Shown here one piece after another: positions 47,601 through 49,747 of a stretch of DNA of 49,747 nt. The notes below the pieces were generated by a model. It saw only the letters and a program-made list of their open reading frames with translations, had not been told where the DNA came from and did not search any database. The stretch lies in contig NW_024705387.1 in NCBI RefSeq assembly GCF_018977255.1, positions 1 to 49,747 of the forward strand, read 5' to 3'. Within the stretch, counting starts at the first letter, position 1. Each line of letters begins with the position of its first letter. The translations under genes were made by a program, and so were the position numbers. This DNA comes from Callorhinchus milii (lineage: Eukaryota).

Positions 47601-49747
47601 CACACTGTGTGTCGCTCTCAGGTTTATACAGTGTCTCTCGCTGATCACACTGTGTCTCTCTCAGGTTTATACAGTGTCTGTCACTGATCACACTGTGTCT
47701 CTCAGGTTCACACAGTGTCTGTCACTGATCACACTGTGTGTCTCTCTCGGGGTTACACAGTGTCTGTCACTGATCACACTGTGTCTCTCAGGTTTACACA
47801 GTGTCTGTCACTGATCACACTGTGTCTCTCAGGTTTACACAGTGTCTGTCACTGATCACGCTGTGTGTTGCTCAGGTTTACACAGTGTCTGTCACTGATC
47901 ACACTATGTGTCTCTCTCAGGTTTACACAGTGTCTGTCACTGGTCACACTATGTGTCTCTCAGGTTTACACAGTGTCTGTCACTGATCACGCTGTGTGTC
48001 TCTCAGGTTTACACAGTGTCTGTCACTGATCACACTGTGTGTCTCTCAGGTTTACACAGTGTCTGTCACTGATCACACTGTGTGTCCTCTCAGGTTTACA
48101 CAGTGTCTGTCACTGATCACACTGCTGTGTGTCTCTCAGGTTTACACAGTGTCTGTCACTGATCACACTGTGTGTCTCTCAGGTTTACACAGTGTCTGTC
48201 ACTGATCACACTGTGTCTCCTCAGGTTTACACAGTGTCTGTCACTGATCACACTGTGTCTCTCTCAGGTTTACACAGTGTCTGTCACTGATCACACTGTG
48301 TCTCTCAGGTTTACACAGTGTCTGTCACTGATCACACTGTGTGTCTCTCAGGTTTACACAGTGTCTGTCACTGATCACACTGTGTGTCTCTCTCAGGTTT
48401 ACACAGTGTCTGTCACTGATCACACTGTGTCTCCCTCAGGTTTACACAGTGTCTGTCACTGAACACACTGTGTCGCTCTCAGGTTTACACAGTGTCTGTC
48501 ACTGATCACACTGTGTCTCTCAGGTTTACACAGTGTCTGTCACTGATCACACTGTGTGTCTCTCAGGTTTACACAGTGTCTGTCACTGATCACACTGTGT
48601 GTCTCTCAGGTTTACACAGTGTCTGTCACTGATCACACTGTGTGTCTCTCAGGTTTACACAGTGTCTATCGCTGATCACAATGTGTCTCTCAGGTTTACA
48701 CAGTGTCTGTCGCTGATCACACTGTGTCTCTCAGGTTTACACAGTGTCTGTCACTGATCACACTGTGTGTCTCTCAGGTTTACACAGTGTCTGTCACTGA
48801 TCACACTGTGTGTCTCAGGTTTACACAGTGTCTGTCACTGATCACACTGTGTCTCTCAGGTTTACACAGTGTCTGTCACTGATCACACTGTGTGTCTCAG
48901 GTTTACACAGTGTCTGTCACTGATCACACTGTGTGTCTCTCAGGTTTACACAGTGTCTGTCACTGATCACACTGTGTCTCTCAGGTTTACACAGTGTCTG
49001 TCACTGATCACACTGTGTCTCTCAGGTTTACACAGTGTCTGTCACTGATCACACTGTGTCTCTCAGGTTTACACAGTGTCTGTCACTGATCACACTGTGT
49101 GTCTCTCAGGTTTACACAGTGTCTGTCACTGATCACACTGTGTCGCTCTCAGGTTTACACAGTGTCTGTCACTGATCACACTGTGTCTCTCAGGTTTACA
49201 CAGTGTCTGTCACTGATCACACTGTGTGTCTCTCAGGTTTACACAGTGTCTGTCACTGATCACAATGTGTCTCTCAGGTTTATACACACTGTGTGTGTCT
49301 GTCACTGATCACACTGTGTGTCTCTCAGGTTTACACAGTGTCTGTCACTGATCACACTGTGTGTCTCAGGTTTACACAGTGTCTGTCACTGATCACACTG
49401 TGTGTCTCTCAGGTTTACACAGTGTCTGTCACTGATCACACTGTGTCTCTCAGGTTTATACAGTGTCTGTCACTGATCACACTGTGTGTCTCTCAGGTTT
49501 ACACAGTGTCTGTCACTGATCACACTGTGTGTCTCTCAGGTTTACACAGTGTCTGTCACTGATCACACTGTGTGTTGCTCAGGTTTACACAGTGTCTGTC
49601 ACTGATCACACTTTGTGTCTCTCAGGTTTACACAGTGTCTGTCACTGATCACACTGTGTGTCTCTCAGGTTTACACAGTGTCTGTCACTGATCACACTGT
49701 GTGTCTCTCAGGTTTATCACAAGTGTCTCTCTTCGTGATCACACTGT
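38690..49747 (+). repeat. Same minisatellite, more than 11 kb (about 250 units), running off the window end
   Basis: Same unit as 26917-29890. Confidence 0.97.

Noticed and set aside
26917..49747. CRISPR-like array or repeat-protein ORFs ([21 protein letters not shown])
   Set aside because: No unique spacers and a eukaryotic intron context; the ORFs are translations of a minisatellite with constant frame shifts.

Overview
Eukaryotic (vertebrate) genomic DNA. CR1 tails and DeuSINE-type repeats suggest a cartilaginous fish, but that is inference. The window is the immunoproteasome cluster of the core MHC class I region. It holds: (1) the last four exons of PSMB8 (+), in the F lineage with Phe31; (2) a complete 8-exon beta2-family gene (-, 275 aa) with PSMB13-type residues, tail-to-tail with PSMB8; (3) a 6-exon beta1-family gene (+, 219 aa once corrected) with PSMB12 signatures, head-to-head with the beta2 gene across a 1.6 kb promoter carrying an ISRE and eight same-orientation CTCF motifs; (4) a partial second PSMB12 copy (exons 2-4), broken at an N gap by a 2.2 kb segment that looks like the 3' end of a minus-strand MHC class I-like gene. 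Each PSMB12 copy has a different 1-bp frameshift. Introns are filled with L2/CR1 LINE fragments, tRNA-derived SINEs and minisatellites. Several minisatellites are tandem amplifications of the gene's own splice acceptor, up to about 250 copies over 11 kb. Almost all ORFs in the supplied track are repeat artefacts.
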